This document shows positions 38,542 through 47,993 of a stretch of 64,000 nt of DNA, piece after piece. Origin of the DNA: Planctomycetota bacterium (GTDB lineage Bacteria > Planctomycetota > UBA11346); NCBI GenBank assembly GCA_038213805.1, contig JBBQSO010000025.1:1-64000 (forward strand). Reading direction: 5' to 3'. The position numbers and the translations under genes are program-made. The notes below the pieces were generated by a model that was not told the origin of the DNA, made no database searches, and saw only the letters and a list, made by a program, of their open reading frames with translations. The stretch's first letter is position 1, and each line of letters opens with the position of its first letter.

Positions 38542-40341
38542 CTACTTGGGGGCGGCGAGATTCTGGTAGTACAGGGCGAGCTGCTGTTCGTAGCGCGCGG
38601 GGAAGCGCTCCTTGCCGGCGTTGGCGAGGGTGGCGCGCTCCTGCGGGGCGAGTCCGACCTGCCACGCGGCGGCGGCGCCCTGGGCCTTCTTGTCGCCGTA
38701 CTTCAGGCTGGCGCCCAGCTCGGTCGACTCCTTGGGATCCTTGACCTGGATGGACTTGTCCTGAGTCACCGGGTGCGGCGGCTCATTGCCCGGAGTGGGC
38801 TCGCCGGTGAGCTTGGCGAGCTGCGCCTGCATCGCTGCCTGCTGCTGCTGCAGTGCGCTGAGCGCCTTCTGCATATCGCCGGCGGCGGGCTTCTGCGCCA
38901 TGTTGCCGAGATCGGCCTGGGCCTGCTGCATGGCCTGCGCGGCGTCCGCGGCCTGCAGTTCGCCGAGCGCCTTCTGCATGGCGGCGAGGGCTTGGCCCTG
39001 GTCCTTCTCGGCCGCGGCGCCCTGGCCGTCCTTCTGCGCCTGGTCGGCGGCCTGCTGGTCGGCGGCGGCCTCGGCCTGCGCGGCCTGAACATCGGGCGGC
39101 GCGCCGGCGTCCTGCGCGGCCTGCGCCGCCTGCTGCTCGGCCTGGTCGGCGGCCTGCTGGGCCTGCTGGGCGGCGTCCTGCTTCTGGGCGGCGTCTGCGG
39201 CCTTCTGCTGTTGGGCCTGGTCTGCGCTCTGCTGCGCCTGCTGGGCCTCCTGCTGCTTCTGGATCGCATTCTGCTGGGCCTGTTCGGCCTTCTGCAGCGG
39301 CGCCTCGGCTTGGGCGAGCTGGCCCTGCAGGTCGGCCTGCTGCTTCTGGAGCTGGTTGAAGTCCTGCTGCTGGCTGTTGGCGTCGAGGGCGTTGGTCTTG
39401 TCGAGCAGGTCCTGCTGCTGCTGCACGGCATCATTCAGCTTGTTGAGCTGATCTTCGAGCTTGGCGAGCGGGCTGTCCTGCGCCTGGTCGAGCTTGGCCT
39501 GCGCGTTGTTGAGCGCGTCGAGCGCCTTCTGCTGCTGTTCCTCGGCCTGGGCGAGCTTGTTGTCGGCGGCGTTGTCGGCCGCCTGCTGCATGGCGTCCTG
39601 GACCTTGGCCTGCTCGAGCGCCTTGACCGCGTCCTCGACGCCCTTGGCCTGGGCCGGATCGGTCTTGGCGATCTCCTTGGCCTGTTCCTTGAGGCTGTCG
39701 ATGGCGGCCTGGGTGGCCTGCTCGAGGGCGTTCTGCTGCTGGGCGACCTTCTCAAGGTCGGCCTTCTGCTCGGGGGTCAGGTCCTCGGTCTTTTTGCCGA
39801 GGGTCGCATCGCCGAGCTTCTCGGCGGTGGCCTTGAGCTTGGCCTGCTCCTGCGCGATCTCCTTGAGGTCGCTCTTCACGCCGACGCGCCCGAACTCCTT
39901 CTGCATGTCGGCGATGAGGTCGCCAAGGTGCTTGACGATCTTGTCCTGACCGGTCGAGGCGGCGAGCAGCTCCTTGCGGATCTCGGCGAGGTCCTGCAGC
40001 TCGCGCGCGGTGGTCAGGTGTTGGACCACGTACGGCACGTTCGGGTCGCCGCCGTTGGCGGTCGCCGCGTCGGTCAGCTTGCCGAGCGCGGTCGAGAGCC
40101 TGCCCATCACCGCGAGCTGGTTCTCCTGGCCGACGCCGTTGAACTGGTATTCCTGGATCAGCGTCTGCAGCTCGCGGGCGGTGCCGCCGGAGAGTGTGCC
40201 GACGCCCTTCTGGCGGTTCTCCTCCAGGCGCACGGCGCGGCCGACCGGCTGGGACTCCTGCGCCTGGGAGTGGGCCTGGACGGCGCCGGCGCCGAGCAGC
40301 GCCAGGGCGAGGAGGGTACGGCTCGTGCTGGAACGGATCAT
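38542..40341 (-). CDS. secreted Gln/Ala-rich coiled-coil protein (DUF4175 C-terminal-like)
   Basis: GAGGTG RBS; signal peptide; long Q/A helical tract; C-terminal 'WQVGLAPQER...FPARYEQQLALYYQNLA'. Confidence 0.8.
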   Translation of the reverse strand: MIRSSTSRTLLALALLGAGAVQAHSQAQESQPVGRAVRLEENRQKGVGTLSGGTARELQTLIQEYQFNGVGQENQLAVMGRLSTALGKLTDAATANGGDPNVPYVVQHLTTARELQDLAEIRKELLAASTGQDKIVKHLGDLIADMQKEFGRVGVKSDLKEIAQEQAKLKATAEKLGDATLGKKTEDLTPEQKADLEKVAQQQNALEQATQAAIDSLKEQAKEIAKTDPAQAKGVEDAVKALEQAKVQDAMQQAADNAADNKLAQAEEQQQKALDALNNAQAKLDQAQDSPLAKLEDQLNKLNDAVQQQQDLLDKTNALDANSQQQDFNQLQKQQADLQGQLAQAEAPLQKAEQAQQNAIQKQQEAQQAQQSADQAQQQKAADAAQKQDAAQQAQQAADQAEQQAAQAAQDAGAPPDVQAAQAEAAADQQAADQAQKDGQGAAAEKDQGQALAAMQKALGELQAADAAQAMQQAQADLGNMAQKPAAGDMQKALSALQQQQAAMQAQLAKLTGEPTPGNEPPHPVTQDKSIQVKDPKESTELGASLKYGDKKAQGAAAAWQVGLAPQERATLANAGKERFPARYEQQLALYYQNLAAPK

Positions 40342-40404
40342 GGACACCTCGCGCGCAGGGGGGACGGGTCTCGTATTCACGGCAACGGGTTGGGGCAGCA
40401 TCTG

Positions 40405-42177
40405 TTACTTACCCTGCGCCGGGACGTTTGGCTGTGCATTCGTGGGCAGGTCGCGGCGGATGCGGTCGACCCCGTCGCGGGTGTCTTTTTCCTTGTCCCG
40501 GATCGTCTGAATGCCTTCCAGAACGGCGTTGCGGTCGCGGTCGAGCATCTCCTGGAGGACCGCGACATCCACCACGTTGAAGGTGTAGGTCTGGCTCTTG
40601 CCGTGGTTTGCGTCGGGCTCGCGGTTGTCCTCGTAGTCGATCCAGTAGATTACGCGCTGGCCGGGCTGGAGATTGAGTGGTCGCAGGTCGAAATTGGCCT
40701 CACCGCTGGCCTCCTTCTGGTTCTTGACGGTGATCAAGCCTTCCAGGGCCAGGCTCTGCGCCGGCGGGGCATCGGCGGCGTCAGGGGCGGTGTCGGCCTC
40801 GGCCGGAGCGGCGCCCTCGGCGGGAGCGCTCATCACCCGGTACTTGAGCGCGGCGCGCGCAATGCCGTAGTCGTCGCGGCCGCTGAAGCGCACCGGCCAG
40901 TGCGCGAAGCGCGTGACCGTCTTGTCCTGCGCCGGGAAGGAGATGCGCACGGTCGGCGCGCGGTCCTTGACCGCGTCGATCGAGTACTCGACCGGGCTTG
41001 AGTTGTCGAGGTCGTCGACGCAGCGCAGCAGGATCTTGTAGTAGCCGGCCTCGTTCACGGTCAGCCCGAAGGTCGCCGTGGTGCGCGCCTCGTCGAGGGT
41101 CATCTCCAGCGGTGCGTGCGCCTGCTGGTTGTCGCGCGTGACGATGCGCGCGCTTTTGACCTTCTTGGTCAGGGTCGCGGTCAAACGCACCAGGGTGCCG
41201 GCGGGCACGCGCAGGTCGCCGATCGACGAGGTCTCGTCGGCGCGCCCGAGGTAGCCGGGGAAGTGGCTGACCACGGCCAAAGCCTTGACCGCCGGACGCT
41301 GCAGCACGGTGAGCTTCTCCCAGCGCGGCCACAGCGCGTCGTGCGCCGCCGGGCGGAACTCGACGTCTTCCAGGACGTGCTCAAGGATGCCTTTGTATTC
41401 CACCGGCTTGCCGTCCTTGCCAGTGGCGCCCTTGGCGCGCACCAGCACCAGCTGGGTGGTCTGCCCGCCGGCGCTGCGCAGCGCCGCGCTGGCGCTCTCT
41501 GGCAGCACGCCGTCCGGATCGAGGGTGACGGTGATGGTCTGGGGATCGCCCTTAGCGACCACGCCGCTCGGGGTCACGGTGACGAAGCGCGCCGCGGTCG
41601 GGTATTGGCGCTCAGACAGTGCCAGGCGCGCGAGCATCGCTTTGGCGAAGTCCGAGCGCCACGCGCCGAGCGCGATCGACAGCAGCAGCAGGCCGCCGGC
41701 GGCGAGGGCGATGCGCTTCAGTAGCTGCACGTCGATGATGTCGGTGAACGACAGGCCGCCGGTGAAGCTGAGGGTGTCCTCCTCGAGCGCGGCGATCAGC
41801 TCGTGCGAGGCCGCCGCGCTGGGCATGCGCGCCAGCTGGATGGTCGAGATCAGGCGGCCGCGCAGCTCGGGGTGGCCCTTCTCGACGCGCAGCGCGACCT
41901 CGTCGTCGTCGGCGACGCGGCGCAGCTCGGCGATGATCGTGGTCCACACCACCCAGGCGAGCGTGCCGAGGATGCCGAGCAGCAGCACGGCGCGCGCCGC
42001 GCGGTCGCCGCCGCCCTCGCCGGCCGAGCGGCTGAGCACCAGCCAGTCGAGCAGGAAGAAGGCCGCGATCAGCAGGAGTGCGGCGAGCAGGCTCTTGCAC
42101 GCCCCTGCGCCGACCGCGACCGCGCGCTGGCGTCGCCGCACCGCGTCGAGTTTCTGGAGGAGGACGTCGGAGCTCAT
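40405..42177 (-). CDS. membrane protein with periplasmic Ig-like domains (DUF4175 N-terminal-like)
   Basis: 3 TM; 'RVEKGHPELRGRLISTIQL', 'FPGYLGR', 'DRAPTVRI' and 'DDYGI' motifs. Confidence 0.82.
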   Translation of the reverse strand: MSSDVLLQKLDAVRRRQRAVAVGAGACKSLLAALLLIAAFFLLDWLVLSRSAGEGGGDRAARAVLLLGILGTLAWVVWTTIIAELRRVADDDEVALRVEKGHPELRGRLISTIQLARMPSAAASHELIAALEEDTLSFTGGLSFTDIIDVQLLKRIALAAGGLLLLSIALGAWRSDFAKAMLARLALSERQYPTAARFVTVTPSGVVAKGDPQTITVTLDPDGVLPESASAALRSAGGQTTQLVLVRAKGATGKDGKPVEYKGILEHVLEDVEFRPAAHDALWPRWEKLTVLQRPAVKALAVVSHFPGYLGRADETSSIGDLRVPAGTLVRLTATLTKKVKSARIVTRDNQQAHAPLEMTLDEARTTATFGLTVNEAGYYKILLRCVDDLDNSSPVEYSIDAVKDRAPTVRISFPAQDKTVTRFAHWPVRFSGRDDYGIARAALKYRVMSAPAEGAAPAEADTAPDAADAPPAQSLALEGLITVKNQKEASGEANFDLRPLNLQPGQRVIYWIDYEDNREPDANHGKSQTYTFNVVDVAVLQEMLDRDRNAVLEGIQTIRDKEKDTRDGVDRIRRDLPTNAQPNVPAQGK

Positions 42178-42187
42178 GTGGTCGTCC

Positions 42188-44611
42188 TCATAGCAGGTCC
42201 GCCCGCTTGCGCAGGAACCACTCGAGGCCGAGCAGCATGGCGACCAGCACGATCAGGCCGGGGGCGTTCCACAGCGTGCGCTCCTCGCGGCGCGGCTCCA
42301 GGACGTGCTTCTGTTCCTTGAGCACGTCGGCCATGGCGGCGAGGCCGGACAGCGGCTGATAGGTGCCACTGGTCGCGCCGGCGAGCTGCTGGAGGAGTTC
42401 GGCGCGCATGCCCGGGTCGTCGAATTCGATGCGCGGCACCACCGCCTTGAAGGCGCGGTCGGCCTCGTCCTCTTCGCCCTGGATGGCGATGCTGTAGTCG
42501 CCCTCGGCGGCGGGCGTGTACTCGCCCTTGAACATGCCGGGCTGGTCCTTCACCGCGGTCAGCACCACATTGTCCTTGCCCAGGCCGCCGCGATCGACCA
42601 CCGCGGTGACGTTGTCGGCGACCAGCTTGTTGAAGTCCTTGTCGAGGATGCGCGCGATCAGTTCGGCCTTGTCGCCGACGGCGTACTCGCTGCGGTCGGT
42701 CTCGATCTGCACGCGGTTGGCCTTGCCGAGCAGGTGCGCCATCGACAGCGAGCTGATCATCTGCGACCACATGCGGCGCTGGTACTGCGCGCCCGGCTTG
42801 AAGCGCCAGCGCCAGGTCTCGTCGCTGCCGACATACAGCACCTGGCCCTTGCCGTAGCGCTCCTGGGCGATCACCGGGGTGCCGGCCTCTTGGCCGGTGC
42901 GGCCGCCACCCGGCTGCACCAGCAGGGCGCTGGCACCAGGCTTGAGGCGGCGCGCGGGCACGCACCAGTAGAGCGGTTCGGCCTTCTCCCACAGCAGCTC
43001 GTTCTCGTGGCTGTCGGCGGCAAAGCGCAGCACCGCGGAGCGCTTGCCTTCAGCGGTCAGCACCGGGCGGAAGGCGGTGCGGATGCTGCGCTGCAATTCG
43101 TCTTCGACCGCGAACGGCGCCTGCGGGTCGAACTCGATCGGCAGCAGGTCCTCGATGGGGGTGCCGGCATAGGTGTCGGGCAGGTGATTGCGCCCGGCCA
43201 CCAGCAGCAGCCCGCCGCCTTCCTTCTGCACGTAGTCGGAGAGGTTCTTGAGCTCGTCCTTGGTGAAGGAATCGCCGCCGATGTCGCCGAGCACCACCAC
43301 GTCGTAGGCACGCAGCTCGGGCAGCGTGCGCGGGAACTCACGCTTGTAGCGCGGGTCGCCGGCGGCGACGCGCTCGTCAAGCTGGCGGATCACGAAGGAC
43401 GGGTCGATGCGCTGGGTGTCAGCCTCGAGGATCGAGGTCAGGAAGCGCATCTCCCAGCGTGGGCCGTCCTCGACCAGCAACACGCGGATCTTCTTGTCGA
43501 CCACGGTGACGCCGGGCTTCTGCTTGCGGTTGTTGTCGGCGCTGAGCTCGTCCTTGAGCGGCTCGATCTCGGCGACGAAGGTGAAGGTGCCGGCCTTCTT
43601 GGGCGCGATCTCGATGACATGGGTGCGCTCGCCCTGGTCGTCGAACTCGATCTGCTGCTCGCCGACGATCTCCTCGGCCTTGCTCGCCTCGTCGACCTGC
43701 TTGACTACCAGACGCACGGTCTGACCGGTGTAGCCGCGCTGGCGTACGCGTACGGTCAACGGGAAGCTGTCGCCCTTGAAGACCACGTCGTCGGCGGAGA
43801 TGAAGGGGATGGCGATGTCGCGCGTCTGCGGCGCGCCGACGCCGATCGGGAACACCGGCACGCCCAGGTCCTGGGCGGCGATCAGCGGCTCCTCGCCGCG
43901 GTTCCAGCCGCCGTCGGTGAGCACCAGCACGCCGTCGACCTTGCGCCCCTTGAGGCGGCGCGCGGTGTCGCGCAGGGCGCCGCCGAGCTGGGTGGCGGTC
44001 TCGGTGGGCGCGGGCAGACCGGCGAGCGGGCCGCCGCTCGCGTCGCTGGCGCCAAGCTCGAGCGGCGCCAGCGACGCGGCCTGGCCGAAGGTGTAGGCCT
44101 CGAGCTTGAACTTGCCCGCGAGGTCCTTGAGGAAGCCGAGGTCCTGGTTGGCGAGCGCGCGCTTGACCAGCTCGCTGCGCGAAAGCTTGTCGAGGTCGGC
44201 ATCCGCGGCCGGGGCGCCGGCGCCGAGCACCGCGCGCAGGGCCTTGGCGTCGGCGCCGTCGCCCTGGCGGTCGGCGATCGACATCGACGCGGAGTTGTCG
44301 ACCAGCACCACCAGGGTGCCCTTCGACTCTTCGCGGTGAAGTATGTCGAGGAAGGCGCCGGTGAGCATGAACAGCAGCACCAGGCCGGCGGCGGCGCGCA
44401 GCCCGGTGAGCTGGCGCTTGCGCCGCGGCAGCACGTAGTCGGGCTCCTTGCGGTAGACGTAGACGATCGCCACGACCACCGCGGCGGCCAGCACCAGGAA
44501 CAGCAGCTTGGCGAGCGGCGTCGCGGCATTCGGCAGCTTGGGCGGCCACACGATCTCGACGTCCTTGCCGCCGATGTCCCGGAAAAAGAGCAGCCAGAGC
44601 AGGAACTTCAT
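42188..44611 (-). CDS. membrane vWA + GATase1-like (DUF1355-like) domain protein
   Basis: MIDAS 'VDNSASM...LTDG'; 'YDVVVLGD', 'GGGLLLVAG' and 'ETWRWR' motifs; C-terminal TM 'EWFLRK'. Confidence 0.88.
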   Translation of the reverse strand: MKFLLWLLFFRDIGGKDVEIVWPPKLPNAATPLAKLLFLVLAAAVVVAIVYVYRKEPDYVLPRRKRQLTGLRAAAGLVLLFMLTGAFLDILHREESKGTLVVLVDNSASMSIADRQGDGADAKALRAVLGAGAPAADADLDKLSRSELVKRALANQDLGFLKDLAGKFKLEAYTFGQAASLAPLELGASDASGGPLAGLPAPTETATQLGGALRDTARRLKGRKVDGVLVLTDGGWNRGEEPLIAAQDLGVPVFPIGVGAPQTRDIAIPFISADDVVFKGDSFPLTVRVRQRGYTGQTVRLVVKQVDEASKAEEIVGEQQIEFDDQGERTHVIEIAPKKAGTFTFVAEIEPLKDELSADNNRKQKPGVTVVDKKIRVLLVEDGPRWEMRFLTSILEADTQRIDPSFVIRQLDERVAAGDPRYKREFPRTLPELRAYDVVVLGDIGGDSFTKDELKNLSDYVQKEGGGLLLVAGRNHLPDTYAGTPIEDLLPIEFDPQAPFAVEDELQRSIRTAFRPVLTAEGKRSAVLRFAADSHENELLWEKAEPLYWCVPARRLKPGASALLVQPGGGRTGQEAGTPVIAQERYGKGQVLYVGSDETWRWRFKPGAQYQRRMWSQMISSLSMAHLLGKANRVQIETDRSEYAVGDKAELIARILDKDFNKLVADNVTAVVDRGGLGKDNVVLTAVKDQPGMFKGEYTPAAEGDYSIAIQGEEDEADRAFKAVVPRIEFDDPGMRAELLQQLAGATSGTYQPLSGLAAMADVLKEQKHVLEPRREERTLWNAPGLIVLVAMLLGLEWFLRKRADLL

Positions 44612-44612
44612 G

Positions 44613-46898
44613 TCATGCCCCTCGCGGCGCCCAGCGCAGGGCCAGGAAGGATTCGGTGACGAGGCAGAGCAGGGCGAGGGCGAAGAGCAGCGGCCAGATC
44701 TCGCGGCCGACGCGCTTCTGGGCGATCGCGGACGCCACGTCGCCGTGGCCGTCGAGCCACTGGAAGTCGAACTTGGGGTAGCGCGAGCGCAAGCCGGCCT
44801 CGTCGAGGGCCTCGAGCTCGCTCTCGGCGCGCGGCGGGTTGGCGGCGAACCAGGTCGGTGCGGCGCCGCCCGGGCGGGTGAGCTGGTAGAAGCCGGCGAA
44901 GTGGGTGTCGCCGAACTCGGCCTGGGCGAGATCGCCGGCCGGAGTCAGCAACGCGGTGACCTGGCGCGCGTTGCCGCGCGGGTCGCGCACCGCCACGGTC
45001 GCGCCGGCGTCCTTCGCGGCCAGGCCCAGGCCGAGCGGCTCGTGCACCGCGACGGTCTGTTCCGGGCGGTGGCCGAGGGCGACGTGGCTGACCGCGCGCC
45101 GCACCACCATCAGGAAGGCCGGGCGCAGCGGGAAGTCGGTCCAGGCGCGGTTGGCGGTCGAGGCGAAGAGCAGCACGCGACCGCGTCCAGCGATGCGCTC
45201 GGCGATCGCCGGGGTGCCACCGGTGAAGCGCGCCACCACGTTGACCACGCCCTGGGGGCCCTTGGCGACGGGCGCCGCGGCGGCCTTGGCCGGATCGGCG
45301 GCGGTCGCGGCGCCGACCTTGGGCGCCAGCTCGGCCTCGGCGATCTCGATCGGGAAGGCCTTGTGGAAGCGCGGCTGGGCGAGGTAGGGCTGGGTCTCCT
45401 TGTCGGCGAAGAAGCTCACCACCGGGTGGCTGAGCTGCGCGGTGGCGAAGCCGAAGCCGTGGTCCTTCGTCTCCATCTCCTCGCTGGCCTCGATGACGCG
45501 CTCGCCGAGCTTGCCGGGCAGCAGACCGGCCTGGTCGTAGAGCAGCTGGTTGTAGCGCCCGGCTTGGACGTTGTCGCCGAGGAAGATGATCAGGCCACGC
45601 CCCTCGGCGCGCACGAAGGCCTTGAGGCCGTCGACCAGACCTGGCGACAGGTCGCCGACGTCGGCAAGGATGATCGCCTGGTAGTCGCGCAGGTTGCGTT
45701 CGGCCAGGCCGGCGACGCTGGTGACGTCGGCGTCGATCAGGCCCTTGTGCTCCTCGTTGTCGCCGTCGCGCGGGGCGAGCGCGGCCTTGAGGAAGTCGGC
45801 CTCGCCGCCGAAGCCCTGGCCGCGCTCGGCCGGGCTGCCGTCGATGATCAGTACCTTGACGCGGTCGATGACGTCCAGCGCGAGATAGCGGGCGTTGTCG
45901 GCGGGCAGGTGATCGAGGCCGGCGCGCACCGCGATACGGTGGCCACCGCCTTCGGCGAAGCGCGTCTCGAGGCGCACCTGCTGCACGCCGTCGACCTGGT
46001 CCAGCACCTGGCTGGCGACGGTGCGCAGTTCGCCGCCCGCAAGGTCGCCGACCTGCAGCTCGACCTGGACGCCGTGCGCCGGCGCGCCGCCGTGGCTGCG
46101 CACGGTGGCGACGAAGGCGGTGTCGCTCTCGGTGGTGACCTGCTCGTCCTCGGCGATCAGCGCATCGATGCTGACGTTGGCAGTGCCGGCGTCGCCGACG
46201 TCGGCGACGAACAGCCGCGCCGCCGGGCGGCCAGCTGCGAGCTCGTCGCTGAGCTTGGCCCAGGTCGCGCTGTCCGGCGCCGGCCAGCCCGCGGTCTGCA
46301 GGTCGCTGACCAGGTAGATCTCCTTGGCCGCGGCCGGCGCGCCCTTGAGGATGCGCCACGCCGTGGCCAGGCCGCCGGCGACATCGGTACCGCCGTCGCT
46401 GAGCGCGGCCTTTTGCACCTCGGCGATGGCGAAGTCGAGGTCGTGGCTGGGCTCAGGGATCTCGTCCTGGGCGATGTCGCTCATCAGCACCAGGGCGACG
46501 CCGGAGCCGCGCGGCAGGTGCTCGATGATCTCCTTGGCCTTCTTCTTGGCGAGGTCGAAGCGCGTGGTGTTGCCGGTCTCGTAGCCCATCGACAGGCTGT
46601 TGTCGAGCACCACCACCGCGTCGGTCTCGCCCTGCTGGCCGATCAGGCTGAGGCCGCCGGGCGCGATGGTCGGACGGGCGAGCGCGAAGGCGAGCAGCGC
46701 CAGCGCGCCGGCGCGCAGCAGCATCAGGATGAGGTCGCGCATCTGCACGCGGCGCGAGTTCTTCTCGAGCGTGGCGAGCAGGAATTCCATCGCCGCCCAG
46801 GCGACGACCTTGAAGCGCCGCTGGTTGAGCAGGTGGATGATGATGGGGATCGCGGCGAGCGCGGCGAAACCCAGCAGGAAGGCGTTGAGGAAGCTCAT
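44613..46898 (-). CDS. BatA (aerotolerance N-terminal) + vWA domain membrane protein
   Basis: 'AAIPIIIHLLNQRRFKVVAWAAMEFL...LALLAFALARP'; MIDAS 'LDNSLSM'; C-terminal TM; ATGA overlap with the DUF58 gene. Confidence 0.9.
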   Translation of the reverse strand: MSFLNAFLLGFAALAAIPIIIHLLNQRRFKVVAWAAMEFLLATLEKNSRRVQMRDLILMLLRAGALALLAFALARPTIAPGGLSLIGQQGETDAVVVLDNSLSMGYETGNTTRFDLAKKKAKEIIEHLPRGSGVALVLMSDIAQDEIPEPSHDLDFAIAEVQKAALSDGGTDVAGGLATAWRILKGAPAAAKEIYLVSDLQTAGWPAPDSATWAKLSDELAAGRPAARLFVADVGDAGTANVSIDALIAEDEQVTTESDTAFVATVRSHGGAPAHGVQVELQVGDLAGGELRTVASQVLDQVDGVQQVRLETRFAEGGGHRIAVRAGLDHLPADNARYLALDVIDRVKVLIIDGSPAERGQGFGGEADFLKAALAPRDGDNEEHKGLIDADVTSVAGLAERNLRDYQAIILADVGDLSPGLVDGLKAFVRAEGRGLIIFLGDNVQAGRYNQLLYDQAGLLPGKLGERVIEASEEMETKDHGFGFATAQLSHPVVSFFADKETQPYLAQPRFHKAFPIEIAEAELAPKVGAATAADPAKAAAAPVAKGPQGVVNVVARFTGGTPAIAERIAGRGRVLLFASTANRAWTDFPLRPAFLMVVRRAVSHVALGHRPEQTVAVHEPLGLGLAAKDAGATVAVRDPRGNARQVTALLTPAGDLAQAEFGDTHFAGFYQLTRPGGAAPTWFAANPPRAESELEALDEAGLRSRYPKFDFQWLDGHGDVASAIAQKRVGREIWPLLFALALLCLVTESFLALRWAPRGA

Positions 46899-47818
46899 CG
46901 GCCGGGCCCGCGTCCGCCGCTCAGGAGCATGCGCTCGCGGCTGCCGAGGTAGGCGGACAGCGCGACGTCGACCGGGGTGTCGGTGGAGATCTGCACGTAG
47001 TCGGCGCCGTTGCGCGTGCACGCCGCCTTGACCTTGGTGAGGAACTTGTGCAGCTCGTCGAGGTAGGCCTTCTTGACCATGCGCGGATGGCAGAGCACCT
47101 GCTCGCCGAGTTCGAGGCCCTTGAACTGGACCATGCCCTCGAAGGGGAAGTCGAGTTCGTCGCGGTCGAGCAGGTGCAGCAGCACCACCTCGTGGCCGTC
47201 GTGGCGCAGGTGCTGGATCCCGCTGAGCACGTCCTCGACCTTGTCGAAGAGGTCGCTGATCACCACAAACACGCCGCGGCGGCGCACGCGCTCGGCCATG
47301 GTGTGCATGATGCGGCCGACGCCGGTCTTGTTCTGCGGCGTGGCGTTGTCGAGCGCGGCGCAGATGCGGTTGATGTGCACCTTGCGCGTCGAACGCGGGA
47401 TGAACTCCTGCAGTTCCTGGTCGAAGATCGCGACTGACACCGCGTCGCTCTGGCCCAGCACCAGGTAGGCGAGCGAGGCAGTCATCAGCTTCGCGTACTC
47501 GAGCTTGGCGCTGGCGCCGCGCGTGCGCGGGCTGACGTAGGCCATCGAGGCGCTGGCATCGGTCAGGATGGTGGTGACGAGGTTGGTCTCGGCCTCGTAC
47601 TGCTTGATCGACAGGCGCTCGCTCTTGGCGTAGACGCGCCAGTCGAGGTGCTTGAGGTCGTCGCCCGGGACGTAGCCGCGGTGCTGCGCAAACTCGACGC
47701 TGAAGCCCTTGTACGGACTCTTGTGCATGCCTGCGATGAAGCCCTCGACCACGTACTTGGCCTTGAGGTCAAGACGGCCGATCTTGGCGAGGATCTGCGG
47801 ATCAAGGTAGGCGGACAT
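46895..47818 (-). CDS. DUF58 family protein (vWA-like)
   Basis: 'GMHKSPYKGFSVEFAQHRGYVPGDDLKHLDWRVYAKSERLSIKQYEAET', 'DASASM' and 'ISDLFD' motifs. Confidence 0.95.
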   Translation of the reverse strand: MSAYLDPQILAKIGRLDLKAKYVVEGFIAGMHKSPYKGFSVEFAQHRGYVPGDDLKHLDWRVYAKSERLSIKQYEAETNLVTTILTDASASMAYVSPRTRGASAKLEYAKLMTASLAYLVLGQSDAVSVAIFDQELQEFIPRSTRKVHINRICAALDNATPQNKTGVGRIMHTMAERVRRRGVFVVISDLFDKVEDVLSGIQHLRHDGHEVVLLHLLDRDELDFPFEGMVQFKGLELGEQVLCHPRMVKKAYLDELHKFLTKVKAACTRNGADYVQISTDTPVDVALSAYLGSRERMLLSGGRGPGR

Positions 47819-47849
47819 GGGCGTGGGATCCGGAAGTCCAGGGCAACGA

Positions 47850-47977
47850 GTCCGGAAGTCCGGTAGTCCGGAAGTCCGGAAGTCTTGGTGTGCGGAGTGG
47901 GAAGGTGGGACTAAGGCGGCCGGTTCGGGCGTAGATCTACGGGACTTCCGGACTTCCGGACGTCCGGACTTCCGGAC
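47850..47977. repeat. 35-bp inverted repeat built from 8-bp tandem units (TCCGGAAG)n / (GACTTCCG)n
   Basis: Arms at 47850-47884 and 47943-47977, 2 mismatches, 58-nt spacer; one further unit at ~47829. Confidence 0.9.
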
Positions 47978-47993
47978 GGTCCGAAGGACCCTG

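Noticed and set aside
38800..39760. DNA-level repetitiveness suggesting a repeat element
   Set aside because: It is explained by the Gln/Ala-rich low-complexity coding sequence.
40342..40407. Stop-codon readthrough or nonsense pseudogene at the in-frame TAA
   Set aside because: The downstream ORF has its own RBS and signal peptide, and TAA is a poor readthrough codon. Kept only as a fission hypothesis.
47829..47977. CRISPR array
   Set aside because: The units are 8 bp with no unique spacers, and there are no cas genes. The same applies to the repeat at 9511-9560.
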